Part shown: piece after piece, positions 28,501 to 38,725 of the stretch
How positions within the stretch are numbered: position 1 is the stretch's first letter
Layout: each line of letters begins with the position of its first letter
Source: a plasmid
Sequence record: LC546831.1
Length of the DNA stretch: 64,000 nucleotides
Reading direction: 5' to 3' (one strand)
The notes under the pieces: generated by a model
The model's database searches: none
The model's input: the letters and a program-made list of their open reading frames with translations, nothing else
Told to the model about the DNA's origin: nothing
Position numbers and translations under genes: made by a program

Positions 28501-29139
28501 CTGAAGGCGGCGGGTCTGTTTGCCCCGCCTTGAACAACAACACAGAAACCCGAGGTTGCCCATGAAACTGGATGAAGAAACCCAAAAACGTCTGCGTCGA
28601 TACCAGGCGATCATCAATGAAGACCGTCTGCAATATGGATTATCCCCGCTGACATTACCGCAAGTGGTCGCCGCCGTTTTTGAATATCTGGCAGATCAGC
28701 CGTGCATCTTCTTGCGCGGGGTGTTTATTCGACAGTAATGCTGGACTTGCCGTGTAGCCTTACATCAGTGGGGCTACCTGACGCCGCGGGAAAAACCCTG
28801 TCACCTGCGGTGACTGGCAGAAGAGAGCGGCGGCGATGCCGCCGCCTCCAGCTGCCAACAATGACTGCATACCCGTGCTGCAGCAGTGAGGCATCTACCG
28901 AGGTAAGAAAGATTGATGAAGGGTATCCACTATGAAAAGGAACACGTCTTCCGGTTATAAAAGGAATAACTGCTTGTTTATAAGAACAGTGTTTGGAAAG
29001 TAGTGGGTGGCCACCCTTCTATTGCCATAACACATCACATTATCGGGATAGTTGGACAAAGGGGGGAGAGGGGAAAAAAACGAGGGCTTGGGGCAATGGC
29101 CGGTCGAATGACCGTCCAGCAGACCTACTCAACCAAGAC

Positions 29140-29420
29140 GCCCGTATGCGGGCGTCAGGTTTCGCCGAACCCGCACGCGGTTTCGGCCTGTCGGTTAGGG
29201 TCTCCAAGCCAACGGCAACACCCGCGCTTGCTGCCGGCGTCGCCGGCGCCGCTTTCACTGCTCGTCGTTCGGACGACGAGCGCTAAGGTCGCCCCAGCGT
29301 TCGCTGCCGCGCCCGCTGTGTCGGGTTGATCCGTGTTCAACCTTCCAGAGTGCTTTAGCCGCAGTAAGTCTTCCCGCCGCAACTGATAACAGCACAACGC
29401 CTCGCTTAAACACCAAGGGG
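29140..29420. repeat. Degenerate copy (R0) of the Frpo/ssi-like leading-region repeat, upstream of the MAQQNV gene and the ParB-like operon
   Basis: Segments GGTTTCGCCGAACCC..GGGTCTCCAAGCC..GCTGCCGGCGTCGCCGGCGCCGCTTTCACTG..CTAAGG.CGCCCC align with copies R1-R3. Confidence 0.5.
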
Positions 29421-29573
29421 TGTATGAACTCCGCCAAAAACTTTTTCCTCCCTTCGGTCAAAAAAACTTTTTGTCTCCGCCCCTTGGTGCCGCTCTTCGC
29501 CGTGCTGAATCAGTTTATTGCGACGGCGAATACTCACAGCGGCATCAGTTATCACCCCACGGAGGATTTCAAC

Positions 29574-29867
29574 ATGGCTCAACAAAACGTCAAAGGCGCG
29601 ACATCGAAGCCTACAGCAGCATCAGCACTTAAAAACGGCGGTCGTTCTGACCTGCAGGTGTATGAGCTGTTTCTCGCTGTGCAGCGCGCCTGCGGTGGCC
29701 GTTCAACCGGCACGAGTGAGCCGCCGTCCGTACCGGCTGATGCCGAGTATCTGGTCATCGATCAGGGGGAGTTTGACTCTCTGGCCGTTTGGCTGGTCGA
29801 GGGGGTTCCGGTCGCCGCCAGCGATGAAATGAACCTGACGCACTGGGTGATCAGCGCAGGGCAGTAA
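29574..29867 (+). CDS. Hypothetical protein (97 aa), N-terminus MAQQNVKGATSK related to the MNTQNV leader family
   Basis: GGAGGA RBS; follows repeat R0. Confidence 0.4.
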   Translation: MAQQNVKGATSKPTAASALKNGGRSDLQVYELFLAVQRACGGRSTGTSEPPSVPADAEYLVIDQGEFDSLAVWLVEGVPVAASDEMNLTHWVISAGQ

Positions 29868-29952
29868 AAAGCAGGGTTGCCCCTGCTCCTAACCGCCGGT
29901 CTGGACGCCAATCTGACCGGTTTGACAGTAATAACTATTGGAGAGAAATCAC

Positions 29953-32031
29953 ATGTCTGACATCGATACTAAAGCACCTGCAAAACCAAAATCAACCGCC
30001 AAGAAAAGCCCGGCCAAGGCTGCATCAGCCAAAACCGCAGCGGCGAAGTTTGTTGAAGCTGCGCTGGACAAGGCTGAGCGTAAAAATCTCATGCTCAAAG
30101 AGATCACCTTTACTGATCAGAATGCGCGTATTACCCCTCGCACTCAGGACGAGATCGAGGAGATGGCAACCAGTATCGAGGCCACAGGCCTGTTGCAGAA
30201 CCTCGTCGTACACCGCATGGCGGATGGTCGATACGGTGCGGCTGCCGGTGAGACCCGCCGCCTTGGTATGGATTTGTTGATGGTGCAAGGGCGTTCAGCT
30301 GCTGGCGTACCGGTAACGCCGGAGTTTATCGTCCCTGTTTTAGTCGTCGATGAGCAGGACGCCTATGCGATTTCTGTTGCGGAGAACGTGCGCCGCACCA
30401 ATCTGCAACCTGCCGATCAGCTCGAAAATATGCGTAAGCTGGCTGAGAACGGAACCCCGGCCGAACAGATCGCTGCCATCCTCGGCTTCAGCACCCTGCA
30501 TGTTAAAAAATGCCTTAAGTTGACAACCGTAGCCCCTGCGCTGCTGGAGCTGCTGAAAACGAATCAAATCAATTTTGACCAGCTGGCGGCGCTGGGTGCG
30601 ACGGATGATCATCTGCGCCAGATTCAGGCATGGGATAAAGGTAAATATGACGACCACTTCCGCACACCAAAGGCGTTACGAAAAATAGTGCTGGCCGACG
30701 AGGTTTCGGCCGCAGACAGCCAGTTGGTTAACTTTGTTGGGATTGATGCCTATCAAGCAGCAGGCGGTGAGATCCGCGAGGAGATGTTCGTTGACGATGT
30801 CATTCTAACCGACCCATTGAAGCTGGAAACGCTGGCGATCGCCAAGCTGCAAGCGGTGGCGGATGATGTGGCGAAAAATGAAGGGTGGGCATGGGCTGTT
30901 GGCCGTACTCGTGAGGCGCAACGTTATACCGACGATGAGAAGACATTCGTAGTCCCTTGGGTAACCACGAGGCTGACCAGCGAGCAGCAGGCAGAAATGG
31001 ATCAGCTGCTCGCTGAGCAAGAATTGCTGGATGACATGTTTGATACTGCTGAACTCGATGCAGACGATGAATGGGAACATGCGCCACGCGTTGAGCAGAT
31101 TGAGACGCGTATCAACGAAATAAACGCAGCTGCAGAACTCAACAACTGGCCGTCAGAAGTTCGTGCGACGGCAGGCATAATCGCTTATCTGAAAGATGGC
31201 CAGATCCAAATCCAACGTGGCTTGATGAAAGTGGAGGACATCAAGCAACAAGAGAAAGCCAACCGCGAAGAAATCAAGAAGAACACCCCACCGTCAGAAA
31301 AGGGGCTGTCCCAAGTCTTGGTGAGCAGTTTATCCGCCGAACGCACTTTAGCCGTGTCAGCGGCGCTGGCGCAGAACACCAACGTCGCGATTGCACTCCA
31401 TACGTTCACGCTGGCGCGGCGGGTGTTCGACGCGGGATATTTCTATGTGTTGCACACCTCTGTAGAAAGCATGCGCAGCGGCTGCTTATCCCAGTCAGAA
31501 GAGGCTGGTAGCGCGAGTGGCATCGCCAACCTGAAACTGAACGAGATGCATGAGAGCTGGCTGAACCAATTCCCGGATAATTGGAGCGAAAGTTTTGAGT
31601 GGCTGCTGGCGTGGCCACAGGGTGACGTTCTCGGGTTATTGGCATACTGCGTTTCCCACGGCCTCGATGGCCGAGACAGTTATCTCAAGGATAAGCGGGT
31701 TGGCACCAAGCTGGATTCGGTAGAAAAAGCCCTCGATTTCCAGATCGGGGAATGGTGGAAACCGACTGCCGCGAACTTCTTCTCACGGATCGGCAAAGAC
31801 CAAATCGTGGACGCCCTCAATAGCGCCGGTGAAATCGGGAAGGCAAAAGATGCCGAGGGTATGAAACGTAAAGAAGCCGCCGAATTCGCCGCTGCGGTGT
31901 TGAGCGAAACAGGTTGGTTGCCGAGCTGCATGGCACCGCAGCCGCAGGCCGAATCGGAAAGCCGGGCTGATGCCACTGCCAGTGCCACGAACGCCAACGA
32001 TACTGACGCTGACGACAGCGCTGCCGCCTAA
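29953..32031 (+). CDS. Large ParB-like nuclease-domain protein of plasmid leading regions (692 aa)
   Basis: N-terminal ParB/Srx-like domain (ITFTDQNARITPRTQDEIEEMATSIEATGLLQNLVV); acidic C-terminal tail; position upstream of psiB as in F-like leading regions. Confidence 0.75.
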   Translation: MSDIDTKAPAKPKSTAKKSPAKAASAKTAAAKFVEAALDKAERKNLMLKEITFTDQNARITPRTQDEIEEMATSIEATGLLQNLVVHRMADGRYGAAAGETRRLGMDLLMVQGRSAAGVPVTPEFIVPVLVVDEQDAYAISVAENVRRTNLQPADQLENMRKLAENGTPAEQIAAILGFSTLHVKKCLKLTTVAPALLELLKTNQINFDQLAALGATDDHLRQIQAWDKGKYDDHFRTPKALRKIVLADEVSAADSQLVNFVGIDAYQAAGGEIREEMFVDDVILTDPLKLETLAIAKLQAVADDVAKNEGWAWAVGRTREAQRYTDDEKTFVVPWVTTRLTSEQQAEMDQLLAEQELLDDMFDTAELDADDEWEHAPRVEQIETRINEINAAAELNNWPSEVRATAGIIAYLKDGQIQIQRGLMKVEDIKQQEKANREEIKKNTPPSEKGLSQVLVSSLSAERTLAVSAALAQNTNVAIALHTFTLARRVFDAGYFYVLHTSVESMRSGCLSQSEEAGSASGIANLKLNEMHESWLNQFPDNWSESFEWLLAWPQGDVLGLLAYCVSHGLDGRDSYLKDKRVGTKLDSVEKALDFQIGEWWKPTAANFFSRIGKDQIVDALNSAGEIGKAKDAEGMKRKEAAEFAAAVLSETGWLPSCMAPQPQAESESRADATASATNANDTDADDSAAA

Positions 32032-32072
32032 CTGACAAGGAGCTGCCGCCCTCGGGCGGCAGAATAAGCATC

Positions 32073-32537
32073 ATGAAAAACCAAAAATTGAGCCTTTCGC
32101 AGTTAGCCGTGATGAGTGCCTTTGAGCTGGAACAGTATCGTGATCGGGGCAGTGAGGCGCGGCGGCAGCTGAACAATATTGTGCTTGGCCAGATTGAGCT
32201 GCCGGATGGGTGGAGCGCCGTTGCGGAGGAGGCAAGCGAGTTTTGCGGGCAGGTGCCTGTTGTTTGCCGGATCAGTCCACGGGGGGATGACAATCTGGCC
32301 ATATTCCTGTGCAGTGCCGGGAATGAAGTGCCGGAATGGTCAGCTTTTCTCCCATTCCAGGAAACAACAAATGAGGCAGACCAGGGCAATCGCGTCGCCT
32401 GGTTACACACTGCGGAGAATTTTGACCCGGATACGGTCAACAAGGTGTTGGCGACTGTCGGCGATTACTATCGGCACGGGTTTAACCAGCCAGCACAGCT
32501 GGCCACCGCGCTGCGGATGGGAGGGCTGTGCGTATGA
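32073..32537 (+). CDS. psiB: PsiB, plasmid SOS inhibition protein B
   Basis: Similarity to F PsiB (..GSEF.G..PV..R..P......LA..LCS.G..). Confidence 0.8.
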   Translation: MKNQKLSLSQLAVMSAFELEQYRDRGSEARRQLNNIVLGQIELPDGWSAVAEEASEFCGQVPVVCRISPRGDDNLAIFLCSAGNEVPEWSAFLPFQETTNEADQGNRVAWLHTAENFDPDTVNKVLATVGDYYRHGFNQPAQLATALRMGGLCV

Positions 32538-33271
32538 TCCCGAACAGTCACGCTCTGGTATCGATCAATGAATATCAGCATGCCGCCGTCCATGCCGTAG
32601 CATTGGTCGAAAGTAAAAAAAAGAGGGGAAAGCGGCTCGCTGAATTTCCGTATGCCAAAGCCTTTTTCAAGGTGTTGAACAACGGGCGGGGGCAGATTCT
32701 ATCAACCGACATTCGCCTCATTTCATCCAACTATTTTCCTGATGAGCGGGGCGGCGCATCCATTGCGCAGTATGTTGCGGCACTGGACACGTTGATCGAA
32801 AGTGGTGGCCAATACAACCCGCTTCCTCTGTCTGGGGATGTCGCTGCCAAGCTGTTTCCGGCCTACGGTGCTCTTTGCCGCGAACGGCGTGAACGTCAGT
32901 GGGATATGAAATCCGAGCGTAAAGAACGCCGGCGCTCACGGGAAGAACAGCAAAAGCGCCGGCGATACCAAAACCGACTTGCGCAAGCTGACGTCGAGCT
33001 GGCGTTTGTAACGCCGAGTACAGTAGGGGCATGGTATACGCGCTGGAGTAAACAGGACATTTACGAAGACGATCTGGTCGAGAGCGTGCTGGTATGGATT
33101 GAACAGTTCCCGTGCATGGCAGAAAGCGGGCTTCAGCGCCACAAAAGTGACGCTTTGTGGAGAGTCATTGAGCGGTTGACTCAGGTCGAAACTAACTTTA
33201 CCGAGACTGAACGTGTTTTTAATTCTCTGATCATTCCAAACAAGTTACGGGCATTTGATTGCGATGCCTAA
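32528..33271 (+). CDS. psiA: PsiA
   Basis: Overlaps psiB end; EFPYAKAFF versus F PsiA EYPYAGAFF. Confidence 0.75.
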   Translation: MRMIPNSHALVSINEYQHAAVHAVALVESKKKRGKRLAEFPYAKAFFKVLNNGRGQILSTDIRLISSNYFPDERGGASIAQYVAALDTLIESGGQYNPLPLSGDVAAKLFPAYGALCRERRERQWDMKSERKERRRSREEQQKRRRYQNRLAQADVELAFVTPSTVGAWYTRWSKQDIYEDDLVESVLVWIEQFPCMAESGLQRHKSDALWRVIERLTQVETNFTETERVFNSLIIPNKLRAFDCDA

Positions 33272-33329
33272 ATAAAGGTAATGTAGTGTATATCGGGTGT
33301 TAATATAATAAATTATTTGGGGGCGTAAT

Positions 33330-33713
33330 ATGTTAGGGTTTATTGTAGCTGTTTTGATAATGTCATGCGCTATTGCTTTTGTGACAAAACAGGCAAAAAA
33401 TGGTGCATTTACTAGATTTAACAAGCGATTAAGTGCTATATGCAATGTTGGCTTGTTGTATTCTGGACTAATATTTATTTTGGTGTCTGTTGTATTTAAC
33501 GCATTTTATGGAGCGGAAAATACTCCTGTGGAAACTCTGAATTCGCCTTTCTCAAACGTTGTTAGCGGAATGGGTGAGATGGCCTCTCAGTTGTCCAATG
33601 TATTGATGTATTTGGGAGTTTTTTGTTCGGTTGCTTCCTTTCCATTGAAACTATTGATTAATAGGGATGGAAGTAGCGGTGATGATGATAAACAAGATGA
33701 GGGGGCATTATGA
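33330..33713 (+). CDS. Hypothetical membrane protein, low-GC
   Basis: AT-rich ORF, three TM. Confidence 0.35.
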   Translation: MLGFIVAVLIMSCAIAFVTKQAKNGAFTRFNKRLSAICNVGLLYSGLIFILVSVVFNAFYGAENTPVETLNSPFSNVVSGMGEMASQLSNVLMYLGVFCSVASFPLKLLINRDGSSGDDDKQDEGAL

Positions 33714-33928
33714 ATAATTTAGAAATTGACCGGAGTGTCACGGGGGATCTGGTCACTGAGTTAAAGAAATATGGCAGTAAAACAGTGACTGTTATGCAAT
33801 CCTACGATGAACTAGCTGACCGTCACTACAAGCCTCGCCCCGCGTTCCGTGACTGGGTGCGTCGGTTGAAAGAAGGTGAGCGATTGCCCAGGGGCCGGTA
33901 TTTTAACGGGCCAAAAAAGAAAGCATAG
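33710..33928 (+). CDS. Hypothetical protein (72 aa), followed by a terminator hairpin GGCGCCTGGCGGCGCC-T5
   Basis: ATGA-coupled ORF; intrinsic terminator at 33937-33960. Confidence 0.3.
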   Translation: MNNLEIDRSVTGDLVTELKKYGSKTVTVMQSYDELADRHYKPRPAFRDWVRRLKEGERLPRGRYFNGPKKKA

Positions 33929-34151
33929 TAATAACAAGGCGCCTGGCGGCGCCTTTTTCTTGTCTGCTTATTGACCTGGCCCCTTTCCGCTCGTTAGGAA
34001 GCTTATCCACTCGGTGCGATGTGCATTCATTAGTGTCGGGAATTCGCTGCGTGTTTAAGCTGCGGGGTAGCATCGGGTCTTTTCCTGGTTGGATTCGGCG
34101 TTTTCCTCGTTTTGAATACTGTGCCAACAGCTGCAAAAAACAATACGCCAG

Positions 34152-34660
34152 CTGGCGCTTCCTTCGGTGGCAGGCCGCAAGCGTCCAGCCATCAAGCCCT
34201 ACTCGACTAATCGCCCGCCGGCGGGCGCCAAGTCTCGCCGAACTCCTTCGGGTTTCGGGCCGGCCGGCTAGGGTCTGAAAGCCAGGGTCAACAACCTGCG
34301 CTTGCAGCCGGCTATGCCGGCGCCACTTTCACTGTTCGCCGCTGTGCCGGCGATCGCTAAGGGCGCCCCGGCGTTTCGCCGGGTCGGGTATGTTCCTGCT
34401 CATCTCACCGTTGGTTATCTCTCATCGGCCTCACGCGGCCGCTTTTGTAGCACCGTCGCCCGGTTGCCCGCAAGGGAGGATAAATCGCCGCAAGCGGCGC
34501 CCTTGCTGTCCCCCGTTCGCCGTCGCTACTTCCGCTTTTTCGCCGCGCAAGGTTCCGACGAGAGATAGATAACCCACCCAGCAAGGAGAACAGCATGAAC
34601 ACACAGAACGTCAACATCAACGTCAACACCGCCACGAAGGAACACTCTGGGAGATATGAA
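34152..34660. repeat. Frpo/ssi-like leading-region repeat, copy R1 (about 510 bp) including the RBS and first 20 codons of the downstream gene
   Basis: More than 80% identity to 38216-38725 and 41494-42000. Confidence 0.8.
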
Positions 34661-35041
34661 ACGGCGGGATTGTGCGAACCAGAGGCCCCGGAGCCTTGGG
34701 AAAAGCCCGGCGTGCAATATCCTGCTGCCGTGCGCGCGTTGGAAATGGAGTTTATTTACTTAGACGACCTGAATGAACTGTATGCGCAAAGCAGCACGTC
34801 ACCCGACGAGCTGGAGCAGGCTCTCTATGTGATTTTCGGCCGAATGACAGAGCTTGTCCAAAGCTGCGGGGCTGATTATAAGCAGCCTGACAAGCCGAGG
34901 GTTTCATACGAGATGGCCAAATACTGGATCAGGGGGCAACGGGTAGCGCAGCAATGTTTCGGGGAAATCGGTCAGCGCGCCTGGGAGCATGCACGTTACA
35001 GACTGGCGTTCGAGTTGGCGGTGGAGTATTCGTACAACTGA
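34595..35041 (+). CDS. Hypothetical protein (148 aa), MNTQNV-leader family, paralog A
   Basis: N-terminus MNTQNVNINVNTATKEHSGRYE shared with two other genes; C-terminal region DKPRVSYEMAKYW homologous to paralog B. Confidence 0.5.
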   Translation: MNTQNVNINVNTATKEHSGRYETAGLCEPEAPEPWEKPGVQYPAAVRALEMEFIYLDDLNELYAQSSTSPDELEQALYVIFGRMTELVQSCGADYKQPDKPRVSYEMAKYWIRGQRVAQQCFGEIGQRAWEHARYRLAFELAVEYSYN

Positions 35042-35137
35042 CCAGCTTAAAGATATTTTTATCAAAAAGACCTGTTAACAGGTCTTTTGGGTGATATAAT
35101 AAGACCTGTTAAGTGGTCATATTAAGTCGAGGATACT

Positions 35138-35389
35138 ATGCCAAATATCATTCTGAGTGACACAAGTGCGAGCATCAGCGAGCTGAAGAAAAACCCTATG
35201 GAAACCGTTGGCGCCGGTGCCGGTTTTCCAGTGGCCATCCTGAACCGCAATCAGCCTGCATTCTATTGCGTGCCGGCGGCGCTCTATGAGCAAATGCTCG
35301 ATGCCCTCGATGATCAGGATCTGGTGAGATTGGTCAATGAGCGCCGTAGCGAAGCGCTGGTTGATATCGATCTGGATCAGTTCGCATGA
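35138..35389 (+). CDS. stbD: Phd/YefM-family antitoxin (StbD-like)
   Basis: 83 aa, N-terminus and size typical of YefM/Phd; ATGA overlap with the downstream RelE-like gene. Confidence 0.75.
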   Translation: MPNIILSDTSASISELKKNPMETVGAGAGFPVAILNRNQPAFYCVPAALYEQMLDALDDQDLVRLVNERRSEALVDIDLDQFA

Positions 35390-35673
35390 CGTATACGGTC
35401 AAATTTCGTGAATCCGCGCTGAAAGAGTGGGGCAAGCTGGACAAGTCGCTACAGCAGCAGTTCGCTAAAAAGCTGAAAAAATGCTGCGAGAACCCGCATA
35501 TACCCTCGGCAAAACTACGGGGGATGCCGGGGTGTTACAAAATCAAGCTGCGCGCCTCGGGTTTTCGTCTGGTTTATGAGGTGATCGACGATTGCCTGAT
35601 TATCGCGGTGGTTGCCGTTGGCAAACGTGAGCGCGGTGATGTGTACCAGTTGGCCAGCGAACGTCTTAAGTGA
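35386..35673 (+). CDS. stbE: RelE/ParE-family toxin (StbE-like)
   Basis: 95 aa; RelE-like C-terminus FRLVYEVIDDCLIIAVVAVGKRER. Confidence 0.75.
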   Translation: MTYTVKFRESALKEWGKLDKSLQQQFAKKLKKCCENPHIPSAKLRGMPGCYKIKLRASGFRLVYEVIDDCLIIAVVAVGKRERGDVYQLASERLK

Positions 35674-35679
35674 ACAGAT

Positions 35680-36003
35680 GTGCCTAAGCACAAGAGCTAT
35701 TCAAATGAGGTGAGGTTAATAACAATGCTGGTATTGGGATTAGTTGGTTTCTTGGTGTGGATGCTTTCAATTCTTTATATTGGATTTTCAGCAACCATAC
35801 TTTGGTCGTGGTTTATTGTGCCTTTTGGCATAACGCCTATCAATTTGGCGTGGGCTATCGGCCTAGCTTGCCTGTTTGGATTGGGAAGGGGAATTCCCCG
35901 TTCGTCAGAAGATAATGATAAATTATTTTCAGAATTGCTGATGCCGTATATAAGTACAACATTACTTCTTATTATTGGGTATATTTCGCATATTTTTATG
36001 TAA
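35680..36003 (+). CDS. Hypothetical membrane protein (107 aa, 3 TM), low-GC
   Basis: ORF. Confidence 0.3.
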   Translation: MPKHKSYSNEVRLITMLVLGLVGFLVWMLSILYIGFSATILWSWFIVPFGITPINLAWAIGLACLFGLGRGIPRSSEDNDKLFSELLMPYISTTLLLIIGYISHIFM

Positions 36004-36008
36004 ACAAT

Positions 36009-36497
36009 ATGATAGGTGAAAAAATGAAGACGATCAGACCGGAAATTTTTGAGAAGCTTCGAGACAAGTCAACCGCGGCGAAATACCTGCAGCCCGGCAA
36101 ATGTGGTTTTCATACTGCGACAGGTTCCCGCCGATTGTTCATCGGGGAGACAACTCGCCAATACTGGACGCGCGAAAAGTATGAAAGCCCCGAGGTCGGG
36201 AACACGGAAGCCTATGTAAACTACAGACTCGACCAGGCATCAGGTGATCTTGCTCCGGAGGAAAGAGAGGTTCCCGTTTGCCTGAAGGGGGAGGAAGGGG
36301 ATGAGCATACGCCGGTGCTTTGCTATATGACGTTGCCGGTGAAAAAGAAGGGGGTTACTACTGAGGAATTCCTGGCGGAAGTCGAAGACAAGCTGACACT
36401 GACGCTGGCCGTTCAGTATGTCTATGATTGCCTGGAGGCTGAACGGCGAGAGCGCGCTACCGGCGGGTCTGATGAGATTATCATCAATGACTTCTGA
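36009..36497 (+). CDS. Hypothetical protein (162 aa; alternative start 36024)
   Basis: ORF. Confidence 0.35.
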   Translation: MIGEKMKTIRPEIFEKLRDKSTAAKYLQPGKCGFHTATGSRRLFIGETTRQYWTREKYESPEVGNTEAYVNYRLDQASGDLAPEEREVPVCLKGEEGDEHTPVLCYMTLPVKKKGVTTEEFLAEVEDKLTLTLAVQYVYDCLEAERRERATGGSDEIIINDF

Positions 36498-36511
36498 TAG
36501 GGAGGTATAGA

Positions 36512-36865
36512 GTGGGGAAAAATGTCTTTACTATTAAACATGAATACTCAAATATCGACTTCTCCGCACTGACTGATTCAGAGTTGACGGAGTTGATAAA
36601 ACGCGCAATGACTGAATTTCAAAACAGACTGAATAATCCTGTATTTGAAAATAGAAGAGAAGAAAGGAAGGTTGTATATTCACCTTCGGCGCGACAATTG
36701 ACATTTATAGAAAATTGTCTTTCAGGTGGATATGTTCACGCATCAATGAAAGACGAGTATAAAGCATTAGCTAAAGAGTTTTCGGAATGGTTCACGAGTA
36801 AGGGATACCCTACAGATTTACGGGGTTCTGATTTTGAGCGCTGGAAACGCTATTACCAAAAGTGA
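36512..36865 (+). CDS. Hypothetical protein (117 aa), low-GC
   Basis: ORF. Confidence 0.35.
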   Translation: MGKNVFTIKHEYSNIDFSALTDSELTELIKRAMTEFQNRLNNPVFENRREERKVVYSPSARQLTFIENCLSGGYVHASMKDEYKALAKEFSEWFTSKGYPTDLRGSDFERWKRYYQK

Positions 36866-37076
36866 GTATGTAATCTTTACACTGCCGAACAGGCAGCTTA
36901 GAAACTCTGGGTTAATAACGAAAATATACTGCCGTACAGGCAGATGCATCAATATTCAGCGAGTATATTAACAACAAAAAAAAGCACCTGATGGGTGTTT
37001 TTTTGGTTTTCATGTGCACCTGTTAGGTGTATTATTGCATTGTTGTTAAGCAGATGACAATTTTCAATAAAAGAGG

Positions 37077-37325
37077 GTGAAGAATATGTCTAAATATCAA
37101 CTCCGTAAGCTAAATGTAAACTCTTTAGCGGTTTCCTACGATACCAAAAAAGAGTTCGATAATTTTTCTACACTGCGTGACGCAATTAATGCTGATAAAA
37201 GTCTGTTCTTTGGGAAAGGCTTCCATGTGTTGGACACAGATAACAATATCATCTTCGATGATAAGGCTGTGGAGCATTTAGGCGCTCAATTTACGCTGAA
37301 GCAGGCAATTTTTAACTATAGCTGA
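37077..37325 (+). CDS. Hypothetical protein (82 aa)
   Basis: ORF. Confidence 0.35.
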   Translation: MKNMSKYQLRKLNVNSLAVSYDTKKEFDNFSTLRDAINADKSLFFGKGFHVLDTDNNIIFDDKAVEHLGAQFTLKQAIFNYS

Positions 37326-37334
37326 GGTGAGAGT

Positions 37335-37865
37335 ATGAACGCGGACGAGTTTAAAAGAATTGTCCTGCAGAATGGGCCGGTATTGCAAGCGTGTAAAAAG
37401 CCTAAAACCCTTGTAGAAGCGATGACCTCCAATTTTGCATTGGCGAATAGTGACATTAATTGGAAATTTCATAGCGGATTGGCTTTTGCCTGGCTTATGG
37501 GGAGCACGGTTGCCGCTTCTAGACTGAATCGTCTAAACAAGAATCGTCGATCGACAGTGCCCTTTTGTGAGGCGTGGGGCAGGGTGGCCAAACGGGATAA
37601 CGGAAAGATCCATATTAATGAACGACGATTCACGCGCTGGTTATCGGTCGCGACGAACGACCTGGAAAAGTTTTATCAGGAAACCCTGAGAGCAATCGAT
37701 GCGATGGATACCTATTCCTCCCCGTTTTCGGTCGCTTCGTTGTATGAGCTCGCTCAGGATCTGGATAACGACTTCTATTACCAAAATAGCGAGCTTGAGC
37801 AAAAAGCCGTTGAACGCTTTCGGGTGATCGCTGCAGAGCAATTCCTCAATGGCCAGGGTGCCTGA
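37335..37865 (+). CDS. Hypothetical protein (176 aa)
   Basis: ORF. Confidence 0.4.
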   Translation: MNADEFKRIVLQNGPVLQACKKPKTLVEAMTSNFALANSDINWKFHSGLAFAWLMGSTVAASRLNRLNKNRRSTVPFCEAWGRVAKRDNGKIHINERRFTRWLSVATNDLEKFYQETLRAIDAMDTYSSPFSVASLYELAQDLDNDFYYQNSELEQKAVERFRVIAAEQFLNGQGA

Positions 37866-37876
37866 ATGAGCTGTAT

Positions 37877-37924
37877 GTTCCCCACGTCAGTGGGGTGAGT
37901 GTTACGTTCCCCGCGACAGTGGGG
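37877..37924. promoter_or_regulatory. Two 19-bp hairpin-forming repeats GTTCCCCACGTCAGTGGGG and GTTCCCCGCGACAGTGGGG, 14 bp upstream of the XRE regulator gene; candidate operators
   Basis: Direct reading; each repeat is internally palindromic (CCCCAC..GTGGGG). Confidence 0.4.
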
Positions 37925-37937
37925 AGGAAATCGTATT

Positions 37938-38165
37938 ATGCATAATGAAATATTGTCTGAAGCCCAGGCTGCTCTGGGCCTGAACAAGCAGGATATGGCG
38001 CGCGCCCTGGGCGTTCATTACAACACCTACGGAAAGTGGTCGCGCGGTGAGCAAAATCCGCCGGCGGCCGTTTATACCGCAATTAACATGCTTCTTTTTC
38101 TTAAAGAAAAACAGCTTGTTGCGGAGTGGCTTTACAGGAATGAATCTTTCAAACAGATTCGGTGA
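37938..38165 (+). CDS. XRE-family HTH transcriptional regulator (75 aa)
   Basis: HTH LNKQDMARALGVHYNTYGKWSRGE. Confidence 0.6.
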   Translation: MHNEILSEAQAALGLNKQDMARALGVHYNTYGKWSRGEQNPPAAVYTAINMLLFLKEKQLVAEWLYRNESFKQIR

Positions 38166-38215
38166 TCTGCCGATCGCCGGTGCCTATCAAAATACCTTTC
38201 TTAAACTTCCTATGA

Positions 38216-38725
38216 GCTTCCTCCGGTGGCCGGCCGCAAGCGTCCAGCCATCGAGCCCTACTCGACTAGCCGCCCGCGCGCGGGCGCCAAGTCTCACCGA
38301 ACCCGCGTAGCGGTTTCGGGCCTGCCGGCTAAGGTCTGAAAGCCAACATCAACAACACCAAGGTCAACAGCATGCGCTTGCTGCCGGCGATGCCGGCGCC
38401 GCTTTAACTGTTCGTCGCCTGGCGACGAACGTTGAGGACGCCCCGGCGTTTCGCCGTGTCGGGTGTGTTCCTGCTCATCTCACCGGTGGTTATCTCTCAT
38501 CGGCCCTTACGCGGCCGCTTTTGTAGCACCGTCGCCCGCGTGCCCGCAAGGGTGAAATGCACGCCGCAAGCGGCGCCCTTGCGTTCCCCCGTTCGCCGTC
38601 GCTACGTCAGCTTTTCGCCGCGCAAGGTTCCGACGAGAGATAAATCAACCACCGAAGAGGGATACCAGCATGAACACACAAAACGTCAACGTCAAAACCG
38701 CCACGAAGGAACGCTCTGAAAGATA
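38216..38725. repeat. Frpo/ssi-like leading-region repeat, copy R2
   Basis: Aligned with R1 and R3. Confidence 0.8.

Noticed and set aside
31185-32443. Minus-strand ORFs antisense to the ParB-like gene and psiB
   Set aside because: They are nested antisense frames in GC-rich coding sequence.
34302-34572. Small ORFs inside the Frpo-like repeats (also 38432-38719 and 41728-41919) encoding ...RGRFCSTVARLPARVKCTPQAAPL...
   Set aside because: They are conserved only because the whole repeat is conserved, and they are Arg/Pro-rich GC-frame translations. The region is better explained as a structured single-strand promoter element.
37877-37924. CRISPR-like repeats
   Set aside because: There are only two copies with a 10-bp spacer, no cas genes, and they sit immediately upstream of an XRE regulator. 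They are operator hairpins rather than a CRISPR array.
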